Positions 36,830 to 49,429 are shown, counted from the first letter of the whole stretch. The stretch is 54,178 nucleotides of DNA, filler included, from Sphacelaria rigidula (GCA_964200075.2; 5 parts of 5 records of this genome joined end to end with filler, not necessarily neighbours in it), one strand, 5' to 3'. A program made the numbers and translations. The notes: a model not told the origin generated them from the sequence alone.

Positions 36830-38130
36830 ATGTTCCTGAGATTCGTGCGGTCCGTTTTGCAGAAGAGAAAAAGAGACATTCAGTGCGGGGATGAACGTGG
36901 GCTATCCCCTGCTTTTCGGAATAAATTTCGCCATCAAGTCTGTCTTAGCAACCCCGTACTCGATTTTTTTTTGCTTTTTTTAACCCATGGAAATACATTT
37001 TGACAGTACTCTCCCAAAAATTTATGTTCATCGGTTACGAGTAAGGTACCCTGTGACGCACGTTGAGTGATTGTGTTGTCATCCCTTCTATTCTGAACGC
37101 CCGTCTACAGTACACCGTTTGGTATATGTGGGCGCACCAGCCGGGGTCTCACAGGAGGAAGGTCAACACAGGAGGGTTGTGTTTTCTATTTTTTTAGTTC
37201 TCCACCTTCCTTCTGCGGTGCTTTCTTTCCTTTTTTGTCGCGAGAGGGGTCCAGCAGTCCCTTTCCCTCGTCGACCGTTAAGTCGTATTTTGTACACCCA
37301 CGACATAGTCGCTCCATTGTTGGGCATTGTGTGAGAAAAAATCCCAGATCGCTCCGAGATTCGAACCCACGACCCAACCGTCAGAAGGTGTCGAGGTTAC
37401 CAACTGAGCCACCGGGGCGACCGGTGATACCCGCTTATCACTTATTTTTCACCAAAAATTGACAATGATTACGAAAAGGGATCACCTGGGACATTCCAGA
37501 CCTTCTCCTTGGGTACACATGTTTATGAGGCTAGAGTGATGCTACGGTAGGGGTACACAGATATTTTTCGAGATTAGAATTGTTGGGAGCCCTTTATCTC
37601 GTCCAAAACGCGACTTAAGAAAATATGCGAGAGTACGCCAGGATTACTATTCCAATGTGCTGGGGATATCCCGAATAAATCTGCAAAGGGGGATGCCCTG
37701 ACCCATATTCTTGTGCGTCTAGAATTCTTACGAGTAAAAGACAAAATTTCACGAAAAAAGTGCACCCGTACCGTAGCATTGCTCGTTAGAGCGGTCCGAT
37801 TCGCAGAAAGAAAAGATAATAATAATGCGGGGATGAAAACGGCCTCTCCCCTAGTTTTCGGAAGAAATCTGGCCATGAAGTCTGTGTTTGTCAACGCCGT
37901 ACTCCATGAAAACAAAAAATATCTTCCTCTTTTTTATTTTTTAACCCATCGATTTACGTTTCGAGAGTATCTCCCAAAAATTGGTGCTCATGAGTTACTA
38001 TTAAGAAGGTACACTCTATGATGCACGATAAATGATACCCCCCAATCACCCATTTTCCCCAGAAATCGACAGTGACAACGAAAATGGAACACCTGGGATG
38101 TTTCAGATATTTTCCTTTTGCACAAACATT
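36830..38130 (+). repeat. Diverged ~590-bp-period tandem duplication; first unit interrupted by a SINE
   Basis: GCGGTCCG.TT.GCAGAA..TGCGGGGATGAA..TTTTCGGAA.AAAT..GCCAT.AAGTCTGT..TTTTTTAACCCAT..CTCCCAAAAATT at ~36845-37025 and ~37790-37985. Confidence 0.75.
37072..37423 (-). mobile_element. Full-length tRNA-derived SINE (352 bp) with 5-bp TSD GTGAT
   Basis: Minus strand has A-box TGGCTCAGTTGG and B-box GGTTCGAATCT in a tRNA-like head and ends ...GATGACAACACA; GTGAT at 37067-37071 and 37424-37428; the paralogous unit at ~38025-38040 shows the empty site. Confidence 0.9.
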
Positions 38131-40784
38131 CACGCATCACGATGCATCACAATACATCACTTTCCGCCACCAAAGAGGGGAAAGAGCCCATGCGGGGATA
38201 AAGTTGACATATCCCCGGGTTTCTGGAACACATTTGGGCATTCTTCTCAGTTTTTGGCAACGCCGAACTCGACGAACACGTTCAACAGTGCTTTCGTGAA
38301 ATTGAGAGTAGAGGATACGGTTGAGAGTGAAAAGCGGTCAAGTAGTGAACGAACCGTTTCAGTTCCAAAATGCCCCTCCCCGAGGCCCAATATGCTTTCC
38401 GTAGTAGCTTGCCACTGAGGCCCTTGATATCCCTGAGTAAAATATCGACGTGTAGCTGAAAGCACACGGCAGTGATGGAGGCAAAGAAAACCACACACGG
38501 GATGAAAAATTGGCTAAGTTACAGCGAATTATCGAAGCCACTCTTAATCAGCGCTCTGCTTCCAGTCTCACGAAAACGTTGTTGCTTATCGTCCTTGGCT
38601 GAGGAAGCACAGCTACACATACTTCTCTCTGTGCGACCAATGGACTGCAAGGAGGCAAGTGGCACGCTTCGAACGATGTCTTGAAGTTGACACGTCAACA
38701 CCGACACCACGCTGAGTTGGCCGGGAAAACACAACACGTAAATGCGACTGACGAACCGGACTGGTGCCACCGTTTATCTCTTCAAGAGTTGAGAACTATT
38801 CGTACAAGACGTACAGTAGAGGTACAGGATACTGACAACAACAGCCACACCTACACGACGCGTCATTTTCCCTCACCCACGAAAAGTCACACATTGAAGG
38901 AATAACGACGGTGCTGGAGCAAGATTCGCAGGACTCACAGACTCAGCGAAATAGAGAGACGCTTCATCTGTGCGAGCTTTCTGGTTCCCATCTCTACAAC
39001 GCGCGCACACGTTGATATTTTGCTCTGCCCCTCTCGAGTGTAGCACTCTACCCTAGAACGGTGCAGGAAAGGGGAGGAGTAAGGAGCTACCCACGAAGTA
39101 CTACCAATGCCGAAATACCCTACCATACAACTACTGGGGTTGCTACCAAGACAAGCATAGTAGCTTATTGTGGCAAGGCAACAAGCGCGTTTCTCACACG
39201 GCATCTTCTAAATCGCACGCACCCCGTCAACTGATTGGAAGAATCTTCACCCACTTACCCGCCCCGAGAGATTTATATTCTACAAGCCAAGAAGGGCAGT
39301 AGATCCGAGAGCATCTCTAGACAAAATCGCTTTTTAGATACCGTGTTGGTTCAAGGAAAATGTGCTCCTAGGTTTCTTCCAACGCGAGCGCAACACACTC
39401 TACATGCAAACGAAGACCTCATTCATCATGGAGACCAGGTAACTCCATACCACAGAATATCACACATCTTAGCGGCACCCGCTATCAAATGACTATAGCA
39501 AAAATGGATATTTACAGCAGAAACAAGGCATCTTGCCGGTAGAACAAAGCGGCAAAAATTCAGGTTAAAATCGCTAAACAGGGGATTGGCGAGAGTACCT
39601 TGACCATCAAAAGAAAGAAGAACGGTTATAGACAAAATATAGAAACATATCGAAAAGACTCGACAGTTTTACGACACAATGATAATATATAGAAAAACAT
39701 CACCAGCTCTAGTGACGCATCGCTCCAGCAGATACACCCTACCTACAATTATGCCAGAACCCGCACATCGATATCTGGCCTACCAAGTACTGTGTAGCCG
39801 GGACAAAGACAAGACAAACAAACAATCGCAACCCGATGCGCAAAACTCACTGCTCTCCCTCAGGTCCTTATAGAATCAACGGAAAACATCGTTCAAGGGA
39901 AAATATACCATGACGGTAAAATCATAACTGCCACTTTTAAAACCTGCAAAAATGAACTATCTACGCGGGAAAGTGCAACGTTAAAAGTCGGCGTACCGAT
40001 TGGTAATTCGGCGCACTCATCTACCGGGGGTACGTCGAACGTGAAGGAGGCGAAAACTCGAAAAACAAGTCACGCTTGCACGTGAGCCCGCCACCTTTCC
40101 ACCAGCACGCGACGTGTGCGCTAATGGTAGCTGAGCGTCCACTGCTGCGAAAACAGCGTAGGATCATCATATCGACCTTGTCTCATCGAGGCCCTTGCGC
40201 TACGCCTATTTCCCGCAGCAACAATACCAGTCAGCTCGTCACCACCGGCTCTTCTAGAAATATTTCGCAGAAAAAACAAGCACAGACACAAACTGGTTTT
40301 CGATAACAACCAGCGACAAACACGCAAACATCACAATAATATGAATAACAAAAAGAAAATAATAAAGTGATCAACAGGAGAAACAAAAGAAGAAACCAAA
40401 CATGCGACATCATATCCCCAACTTGCGCCGCGGCGATGAGATGGCGATTTCCACTACTGTATGTTGTGTGGCGATTTTTAAAGTTATATTTTTGAAGATA
40501 TACTTGTATTGATCGCAAGCCATTGAACTCGATCATCGACGTTTAACTCCATAAATCCTGCCCAGGAAGTTCGGGAACAAGCAGGGACTCCGGCTACCGA
40601 CGGGTGGGACTGATATACTCTCAATCGTAAGCTTTCAGCAGGAGTAGGATGGAGATGGCGATGCGCCCTCAACCTCGATTATTCAGAAACGAAACCAAGG
40701 AAGGGGTAATCCCCCTCCTGGAGGCACCTGGCAAAGCAACGAAAATGCAGTTCTTCACCGCATATCCCAGCAAACAGCGACTGC

Positions 40785-41125
40785 TCAATGTTCTATGCGA
40801 ACGAAGTCAATCTTCAGCACCACTCCACCCTGAGCGGGACGATGCTGGATGCTCTGTCCGGCTCCCTGCCCGCCGCCGCGACCCAGCTTGTTGAAGCCTC
40901 CGGCTATCATACTGTTCAAGCTTTTACCTGTGGGAAACTGAGCACAGTGGACAGCACGCATGTACCCGGGAGGCACGGGGGGGGGGGGGGGGGGGGGGGG
41001 CGTGGGGGTGGGGGGGTTTTGAGGGTTGGGTGGTTTGAGAGTAANNNNNNNNNNTGGCGCACCCGTGGATTGTTATTGTGAACGGTGTTCGGGGGGGAGG
41101 AGCCGGGGGGGGGGGGCGCGGGGGT

Positions 41126-41165
<40 letters not shown>

Positions 41166-41977
41166 GCAGGGCGATGGGGGCTTTTGAGTTATGAGTTTGT
41201 AATGTAGAAACGGTCGTATCACGTCGACAGCACCGGACGTCGTCCGCTCGATGACGTTAAGCGGTGTCGAATCGGGCTGATGCTACGGTGGAGGACCGCA
41301 TGGGAAGACTTACTGCTGTTCCTTTGCCATCGCGCGCCCGTGATCAAGTTGGTACAAAAATGACCACGATCATGTCAGAAGAGTGCAGGCTCACTTCCCG
41401 GTAGACGCAATTGGATTTTTCCTTGTGGAGTGTCCGATTTCCGTCGCTGGAAACGTGAGAACATGGGCAGCAAACAGGGTGTTCTTGACGAGAGCCGATG
41501 CGGTATGAAAGTGCTGATTCAATTCACGGTGGAATTAAAATGCATGGCGTGTACCGGGAGGAGAGGTGGGATAATCCCTTGAGATACACAGACTTGTCCC
41601 GAGGAGGGGTGTACTCATACCATGATCATGCATACCATAGTCACAAGATCATTGGCCTCGCACCCCTACAAAGCCGGGACGGAGCACGCCGGGTTAACGC
41701 CGCCTTAGTCATTTGACCATTGACCACGCATCCCTTTCGAGACGGAGCAGGGGGGGAGGGGGGGGGGAGCTGAAAGGGTGACAATAGAAGAAGAAGTAAT
41801 TGGTTACTTGGTTCGAAATCATTTTCAAACCCCATGGCTACGTTGACCTAAACGCTAGATGTGCAGCTACTACTGAGTACCCTGACTACAAAGTTGTCGA
41901 GACGTACAGCTTGCGGGCTGTCTCTTCGACCACATCGGAACGTTTTGCTCGGATTTAGACAACATTGACCGCGCGTC
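40785..41977 (-). CDS. Candidate last three exons (41908-41977, 41395-41446, 40785-40927) of an unidentified gene
   Basis: Acceptors CTCTTTCAG|, ACGTTTCCAG|, TTTCCCACAG|; donors |GTACGT, |GTGAGC; one frame runs through to ...GGVVLKIDFVRIEH*, another ends ...NPIASTGK*; no recognised domain. Confidence 0.35.
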
Positions 41978-43324
41978 CTGAAAGAGAGGCTCTGCTTGCA
42001 TCAGAGAACCCCGCCTATCGTCGTAGCTACTTTAACACGCTACCGCAGGCGCCTCGAAAGCATCGCAGGTAGCCAGTCCGCGGGGCACCTACCTTGAGGC
42101 GCAGGTATTTCAAGCTTCATGCTTAGGAGCGGTTGTCGACGTCCCTCAAACTAACCAAATGACACTGGTCGACCATATATTATGAACAAGTGAGCCCACG
42201 TTCCTCCGAGCAGGATATTCCATCGGGCGCACTATAATACCCCACGGTGCTCAATACGTAGTATGTAAAACCCCTGCAAACGATGGCCGACGTGTTTTGT
42301 ATGGTTCTGTGCCGTACTGGATTGCACATACGCGTTTCTAGCCTACACTTTCAGTCATTCAATCAAAATAATAGGTGGGACAGCCTACACTAGTTTGCCT
42401 GGATTCCCCGCGGCATGGTGATCTACCTTGCTGTAAGGATACCCTCGCGGCATGTACTGTACGCTGTACAGTGGACAAAATACGTGAATAATTATTCATG
42501 AGAAAAAGAAGGTGTACAATGTTGTGCACGACACGACACTGTCCAGCACTGTTGTGGATACACGTGTCGGCAGAGAAACGCCGTCGACACACAGGTGGCC
42601 GGTAACATATACCAGCTGACGTAAAAGCCTCCGCATGGTCAACTAGAGAGCCCGTTGCAGGTTACATCGGAATTATCCTATGATAGACGGCGGGGGGATA
42701 TCTTAGGCAATTCCTTGCAGAAAAATCCCGCTTCAAGTCGTCGTTGAAAGTAGCAGCAACTTTTGTTCGGACATGCTTGGCACCAATGAGACACATACAT
42801 ACTTTTCGACACATACAAGCGCACCGCGAGTATGTTAGATCGTCCGTCTGACACACCCATGAGCCCCTGTTTCGTCGTGAAGTCAAACATCCCCTCCCCA
42901 TATCGTCGTCACTCACGACAATTCTGGCACTGTAGTATCAGAGGGCGACCAAACTTTATTTTTTGATTGGAGATGTAGATACATTGTGGGCACACTGAAA
43001 CGCTTCACACCAAACGTCCCATTACATCGTATACACGTGGACTTCACCACCGAAGCCTTGGCCGTTGCGACATGCGACTCGAAGGCACAAATATAGCACT
43101 ACCCGCCTGTGCGATGATAGCTTCGGTGAGCGTCTCGGGCGTCTACTACTCTTCTAGAACCCTCAATTGGATACTCTTTCTTTTCAATCTCTCATCCTTC
43201 TTCCGAAGCACCGCACTTGCCGCCAATGATGGTTTCACCCTCCGCTCAACCCCCCACAGAGTAGCGGGGGTGTACTCATGACCATGCATGCCATAGTCAA
43301 AATACCGGGGGGGGGGGGGGGGGG

Positions 43325-43424
43325 NNNNNNNNNNNNNNNNNNNNNNNNNNNNNNNNNNNNNNNNNNNNTTAATTAATTAANNNNNNNNNNNNNNNNNNNN
43401 NNNNNNNNNNNNNNNNNNNNNNNN
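43325..43424. other. Artificial scaffold spacer
   Basis: N44-TTAATTAATTAA-N44; 12-mer at 43369-43380. Confidence 0.97.
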
Positions 43425-45640
43425 AGTGAGCAGGTAGTACCACCGAAGGCGTAACGTCGCGGTTGGTACGCAGTGTCGAACCCATAGCAGCAAACAGCAT
43501 ATTTCTTGTACAACAGACGAGGATGCGTGTTTCAAGACCGATGCGCACAGAGTGGGACCCGTATCTAAAGAAAACTGCACTAACTCGCCCTGTTCTTGTT
43601 GATACATGAATATATTTAGAAAAAAACGCTTGTAACGTGTGCTGTGACGAATGTCATTCGTCATGCAGCTTTCTCCCATGTGCGGCATCGCCCGTGAAGC
43701 GAGCTGTTGAAGCTAACAGTGCCCAACCCTATTCCCGCGATGATCTCCTGTCTGAGCTCGAGATAATTGAAACTGCGGAACTTGACTTCAACTAGTAGAA
43801 CGTACACCTCACCGTGATTAAAGCTTGCATATTTTCGAAAAGGAACAGCACTGTGAGGGCGTCTGTCTGTTCTATCCCTTTTCCATTCCATTCCAATGTT
43901 AGAAAGGATAGGGAAATTGGAGGCGCGATGCGAAGCAGAGCAATCTATAATGTAATGCCGTGGGCTTTTCACGAAATATATGATGAAACTGAAGTCAGTC
44001 ATCGTACGCCACACTTATGCCCAAGATTTCGGTGTTCAGTCGACCCCTACTGCAGACAGTGGTCTCCGTGCAATAGCACACCAGTGTGCTGAACTTGATT
44101 ACTCGGCCAAAACTGCGAAAGCGCGGAGCAAGGTAACATCAAACATTCGGGGAGTCTATGCGGATGCGGCATTGAGAACGACACCTTTGGTTGTACCGCT
44201 GATCGAAGGTGGAGGGCCTCGGCTTTCATATGGGTCACAGTGAGGGTCATTATTTGCACATATTGCGCTTCACAAGTAGTTCCAAACTCGATACCACGGG
44301 TTTCTCGAACCAGTACGAATACAGATCAATTTGCGTGTTGCGACACTCTTCGAGGAAAAGGTCTGAACTGCAGTTTGTAAGGCCAGAATTACAATCCAGT
44401 CAACATACGCTTCGATCGATACTCCCGAAGAACCAGTACACCACCCACGAAATAAGGCATAAGCAACGGAGCATCGCGGTTTTCATTCATGAGACAGCAA
44501 AAGTATTCGTGCCATCAATCTACTACGCCTACACATCTGTACTGATTTGGACTGCAACCCACCGCCCTCCGATTCATGCAACCAGCCTTCCCCCGATCGT
44601 CTTGGCTACCCACGGGCCAGCAATTACCGACGCCGCACTGGCAGCTGCTGCCATCGCGCAGCCTAAAATCTCCGGGAGCAGCAGTGTGGTTGCCTGAAGA
44701 GATAGATGTACAGGAATGCATTTGCTGGCAAAGGGTTTCCCAAATATAACGTGCGCCAGGCAGTTAAAAGATTGAAATAGTCTGGAGTCTAGTGGGAAGC
44801 TGCGTCTCGTTTTGTGAGGCAAAACATAGTGATACCCATGTTTTCACTATTATTACGCAACGAGGGCGTTCGATGTGGTGCCTGAACACGATATAGAAGC
44901 GGCTAAGAGTAGTACATGCATTTTGTCACAATGTTTATCTGGAAACGCGAGAAAGAGGACACCACAACACGACCAAACAATACCACGACGCAAAAAGCAC
45001 AAGCACCACAAGACGAGGACCGTTGCTTAGCTGGAGGGGAACATCAATCATGGCACGGGTACACATTGTCAAACCATGTGTTTTCCTGGAATAAGACGTC
45101 GAATCAGAAAGCTCTCTCTGATAATCTGTACGGACGAGGTTGAATCGAACGACAAGCAGAACACAATGTCGAGACCGTGTCACGTCATTTTCTACCTTGC
45201 ACCACTGCGATATACGGCCAGTATCTTCGCCACAATTTCGAGGCTGGTGTGGGGGGGCTGTCCCGGCATCATTCACTTCAGTTTTAACGTTGTCGCCTCG
45301 GCTTTTAAGCTGAATGGCCTTTGAGTTGCTGGTCGGGGCTTTAACTTGAGGCCCGGAGGTTCACGTTGAAACTTGATGCTTCATCCTGATTAAGTCCTGC
45401 CTGGTAAGAATAGCGGCTACCCCAACTTGGAGACCGCGTGAAACTTCTTGAATTCACTAAAAAAGTAGGTCTAATGGTAGCTCGCGTGCACTTCTTCTTG
45501 TTAGTGCTCAGATTCACCACGATGTTCGACACGTTTGGTTTGATCCGCTCGTTTATGAGCGCTTTTCATCACGATGAAAATCGGGTCAAATCTCGTCCAT
45601 TTTCCCATGGATTTCGTGTGTGCATTTGTTTTCTTTTTTG

Positions 45641-46078
45641 AACACGGCATTTTACAATTTAGAAATGGATCTTTTATTGGGGATGGAAACCCGAAGGATG
45701 AAAATCTTCGCATCCACAGCAAATCTTCGAAGTATGCTTCCATTTCTTCACTTGCTGGTAGCTATTGACAACTACTACACGACATACGATTTGGATTTTG
45801 ATAAGCGAAATGTCGGGCTCCTCGGTGAAAAACCATTTTTGGGGGGTTTAGGTGTTGTCCGATCGGACGCCAAAATTGTGTTTTCACCTAGGACCCGACA
45901 TTTCGGTTAACTAACGAAATCCAAATTTGTATGCCGTGTAGTGGTAGTTGTCAAAAGCTACCAGCAAGTGAGAAAATGTAAGCATACTTCGAAGTTTTGG
46001 TGTGGATACGAAGATTTTCATCCTCCGGGTTTTCATTCCCAATAAGAGATCCATCCCCAATTCGTAAAATCCCGTGTT
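45641..46078. mobile_element. Foldback/MITE with ~200-bp arms
   Basis: AACACGGCATTTTAC...GTAAAATCCCGTGTT; e.g. CTTCGAAGTATGCTT pairs with AAGCATACTTCGAAG and CACTTGCTGGTAGCT with AGCTACCAGCAAGTG. Confidence 0.88.
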
Positions 46079-47298
46079 TTTGTATCTGGAAATTTTCTCA
46101 TGCTTTTCCTATATTTCCTCCACCATCGCATTCATCGTTTCCGTTTCGAGGTATGGACAACAACCCGCGGAAATCAGCGCTGCTGCTAGTTTCATGCCGT
46201 TAGGGGGACGCACAGCCCCGACACTGCACAGGCCATACGACGCCAGCGCATAAAAGGATTTTGCTGTTCTGGGGGGTGACCACGATATTGGGCGCTTGCT
46301 GCGCTGGTATAACACCGGGCTATGGCATGTGGAATGTGAGGCGTGGGTCCAAACCGTGTCACATTCAACCAACTGTCCTTCCTTTTCCTTTTTTCCGAGG
46401 AAGATGGGGGAAAACGATCGTCGTTTTTCCATTTCTCCTGATGAATAATGATGGGGAAACCAATCGGACGTTTCCACACATATCCCTATCAAGAACGGAC
46501 CTTAGCTTCCCTCAGTGGCTTTTGAGGTTGTATCCTGTAGTGTTCTTGTGCTTCAATGAACTGTGGTTGGTACAAGTTCAGGGGCGTATCTTTGTGTTTG
46601 AACAAACTTCCACAAATGCGAGAGTCTCAAGTTGAAACTGCGGCGGTGTATCGCGCTATACCGGGACCTTCACTGGCTGTACGCGCACAGTGACCCCAAC
46701 TGACGGGTATGTAGGGGGTAGAAAAGAACGTCCACCATCGTACTCCACGGGCGTCGAGTGGTTCGTGATAAAATATTCCGGAGTAAACAAAAATGCAACG
46801 TCACTACATAATACGTACTACTGCAGTACCGTTCCGTTGATCCCACCTCAGGTACGTGTGCGCGTGTGAAAAAATCGCGCAACAGGAGAGACATAACCTC
46901 AAAGACCTGAAGAGGAAAGGGCGAAAAACATCACCACGCTTCACTTTGGTGATAAAGCCAAATTTTATCGACAGCCCCACGCGTAGGTCCGACGCAAAGC
47001 TAGGTCCGAAAACACTTCACAATAAAGCTTACCAAGATCAGCACCCAACAACATGTTCATGACATCAGGAACGAATTGCCGTCTTCGGAACGGGTCCAAA
47101 ATCGATATGGAGCATATGGCCGGTGATCGATTTCAGGCAGGTAACTTGAAGACATACTGTAATGTTTTGTTTTGCTGAAACCTTGAGAACATAAGAGAGA
47201 GAAATGATATTGTTCCAATGGCGATTGGGATTAGCGGAGGTGCCGAACCAGGAGGGAGAGATAGAGAGGGTGACTTCGTCTCTCTTGGTATTCTACAC

Positions 47299-47509
47299 TG
47301 TAATGCGTGAAAGGACCGCGTGCTTAGAGGACCGCGCCGTCGTTCAAAACACCTCAGGATCGACGTTTTTCGAAACCAATCGGGCCAGTCCCTGCAGGTA
47401 CCACGCCCCTGACCATAACCCTAACACTAACCCTTACCCCCACCCCAACCATAGGCATGTTCAAATTCCGATGCAGTTCTCTAAGCACGCGGTCCTCTCA
47501 CGCATTACA
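47299..47509. mobile_element. 211-bp element with 37-bp TIRs and degenerate CTAACC repeats
   Basis: TGTAATGCGTGAAAGGACCGCGTGCTTAGAGGACCGC vs right-end reverse complement: 34/37 match; flanked by ACAC/ACAC (ACACTG at 47295 and 47510). Confidence 0.88.
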
Positions 47510-47524
47510 ACACTGAAAAGACTC

Positions 47525-47727
47525 TGTGTGCTGCCATCAGTCAGCGTTGGGGCGTGGGGCACAAGGGGGGTTGCTACCACAACATATCTTGTACAACCAG
47601 AGCAGTAGCCCTGGGCGTCTGCAGATAGATGCGCCTCAACTCATCCGCACCCCCCTCCAACATGAACTATCCGTACCCCCTCTAAACAAATGCACAATGA
47701 CCTGCAGAGGTCGAGATCTTCACGTAC
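47525..47727 (-). repeat. Retroposon-like 3' end; second copy in opposite orientation at ~48745-48915
   Basis: CATCAGTCAGC.TTGGGGCGTGGGGCA.AAGG...CATATC.TGTACAAC.AGA...CCTCCAACATG...AGGTCGAGATC shared; the second copy ends GATGACAACA, like the SINE tail. Confidence 0.7.
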
Positions 47728-47750
47728 AATCGTCCAAAGGCAGGTCGGAT

Positions 47751-48094
47751 CAGTAGAGTTTACCACTACTTGGTATAAGCGTTTGTTGGTCCCACTTGGA
47801 TTGAGTGTGGACACCGAAATGCGGATCTTCAATGGGGGTTGTGCTCCTAGCGTGCTCCTAGCGTGCTCCCAGCGTGCGAAGAACGCATTTTTGTTTAAAT
47901 CGCCGCCCACGGCGCCGGTTCGAGGTTCGGCAACGCGCACTTCACCTAGGGAACACTTTCCACCCCCTTTGTCCGAGGGTTCTCGGTACGCCTTCGTTGG
48001 GGTTAGGTTTAGGGTTAGGGTTAGGGGCAGGGTTAGAAATCATATATTACCGAGAAGTTCTTACCCCTACCAAGTGGTAAACTAACCTCGGTAG
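47751..48094 (-). mobile_element. Full-length copy of the CTAACC-bearing element family with subterminal inverted repeats
   Basis: AGTTTACCAC(TAC)TTGGTA at the left, TACCAAGTGGTAAACT at the right; GGTTAG repeats at 48000-48036; ends read CTACCG / CTACTG on the minus strand, as in 17733-18055. Confidence 0.82.
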
Positions 48095-49172
48095 GGTAGG
48101 GTATACCCGACATTTTGGCATTTTGATACGTCAGACATACCAGGAGCTGTCCGGCGATTCTCCAGTTAGACAATCACATGGAGGAACATACGCTGTGCTC
48201 GGTACGCTCACACCGCACGCCCGTCTAACCTACAGTACTGTTTTGTACACTTGCAGTGTCCTCTGTACTGCACTTTTGATGTACGGCACTCTACTGTATT
48301 GTGCTGACCTTGGGAACCCGTGAGTTCCACTTAATCAGTCTTATATTTTTCTTGAGGTCTGATTCGGTTCCCGAAGTGAGAGCTACCAGCGTACAAAATC
48401 AAACAGACCATCGTATGTCGAAATCAATGTAAAAACGATTAAAGGGCTTTTGAGCTCAACTAGTTGATACAGAAACCGAACCACGCCAAATCGCCGGTGA
48501 CCGAAAGAACACGAGAGAAAACTGTTCTCGTAAAGTAGACTTGAGGCCAATTGATATCGGAACGTTTCGAGGTCATACCGGTTCTACATCGGTCAGTCGC
48601 AAGTGTTCATAAATGATATCGTGGGTGCGATAAAGTTTCGAATGTCTTGTGAAAGCTCTCCCTAAAAAAATGGAATCGACGCATCGCAGCCCATTTTGAA
48701 ATAATATCTGGCGAGGTATTAGGGCGTTGGCGTATCCCCATGATAATACCTGAGGATCTCGACCTGTGCAGATCATTGCGCATGTTGGAGGGACGTACAG
48801 ATGATGTGGGGCACATCTACTTCCAGACCCCCAGAGCTGTTCTAGTTGTACAGGATATGCTGTGCTGGAAGCCCCGTCCTTATGCCCCACGCCCCAATGC
48901 TGACTGATGACAACATTGGGCTTTGCTTTTGATGAGCTTTCTTTCTTTTGTCTTTTTTTTTTCACGTCTTAATCTACTATTAATTTGTCGTTCGGTTCGA
49001 CTCTTTTTCTGCTCCTTCGTTTTCTTGAACGAGTGTTCCAGTTTTTGTCTCTTGGGTACGTCTATCATGCGACCACGGCTGGACCCATGGGTGGTCAGTT
49101 AAAGTGCGACAATCAATCCATCACCGATCAATCATGCTCATCAATTCACCAATGCTGGAGCTCAAACCAATC

Positions 49173-49306
49173 ACCGACAAATCGTATACCTCAATGTCAT
49201 TGGCACGTCAGCGCATGCAGAGGAGACAGGAGGACACAATAACCGACAAATCGTATACCTCAATGTCATTGGCACGTCAGCGCATGCGGAGGAGACAGGA
49301 GGACAC
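49173..49306 (+). repeat. Recent 69-bp tandem duplication
   Basis: ACCGACAAATCGTATACCTCAATGTCATTGGCACGTCAGCGCATGC.GAGGAGACAGGAGGACAC occurs twice. Confidence 0.95.
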
Positions 49307-49331
49307 GACTATTCGTCAAACGTTGCACGAA

Positions 49332-49429
49332 TGGCCTCTGGGGTGCCTGTTTACTCAAATTTGGACGTTACAGACCTTGTGCAACGTCTGTAACGTCCAA
49401 ATTTGAGTATACAGGCACCCCAGTGGCCA
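49332..49429. other. Near-perfect 98-nt hairpin (pre-miRNA candidate or minimal MITE)
   Basis: 44-bp arms 49332-49375 / 49386-49429, 42/44 complementary, 10-nt loop. Confidence 0.85.

Noticed and set aside
37345..37423. Functional tRNA gene
   Set aside because: A and B boxes are present but the acceptor stem does not pair, and the head continues into a body and tail flanked by a TSD: it is a SINE.
43669..44697. Candidate + strand exons (43669-43795, 44026-44132, 44586-44697)
   Set aside because: Plausible splice sites, but no consistent phase chain and no recognisable domain.
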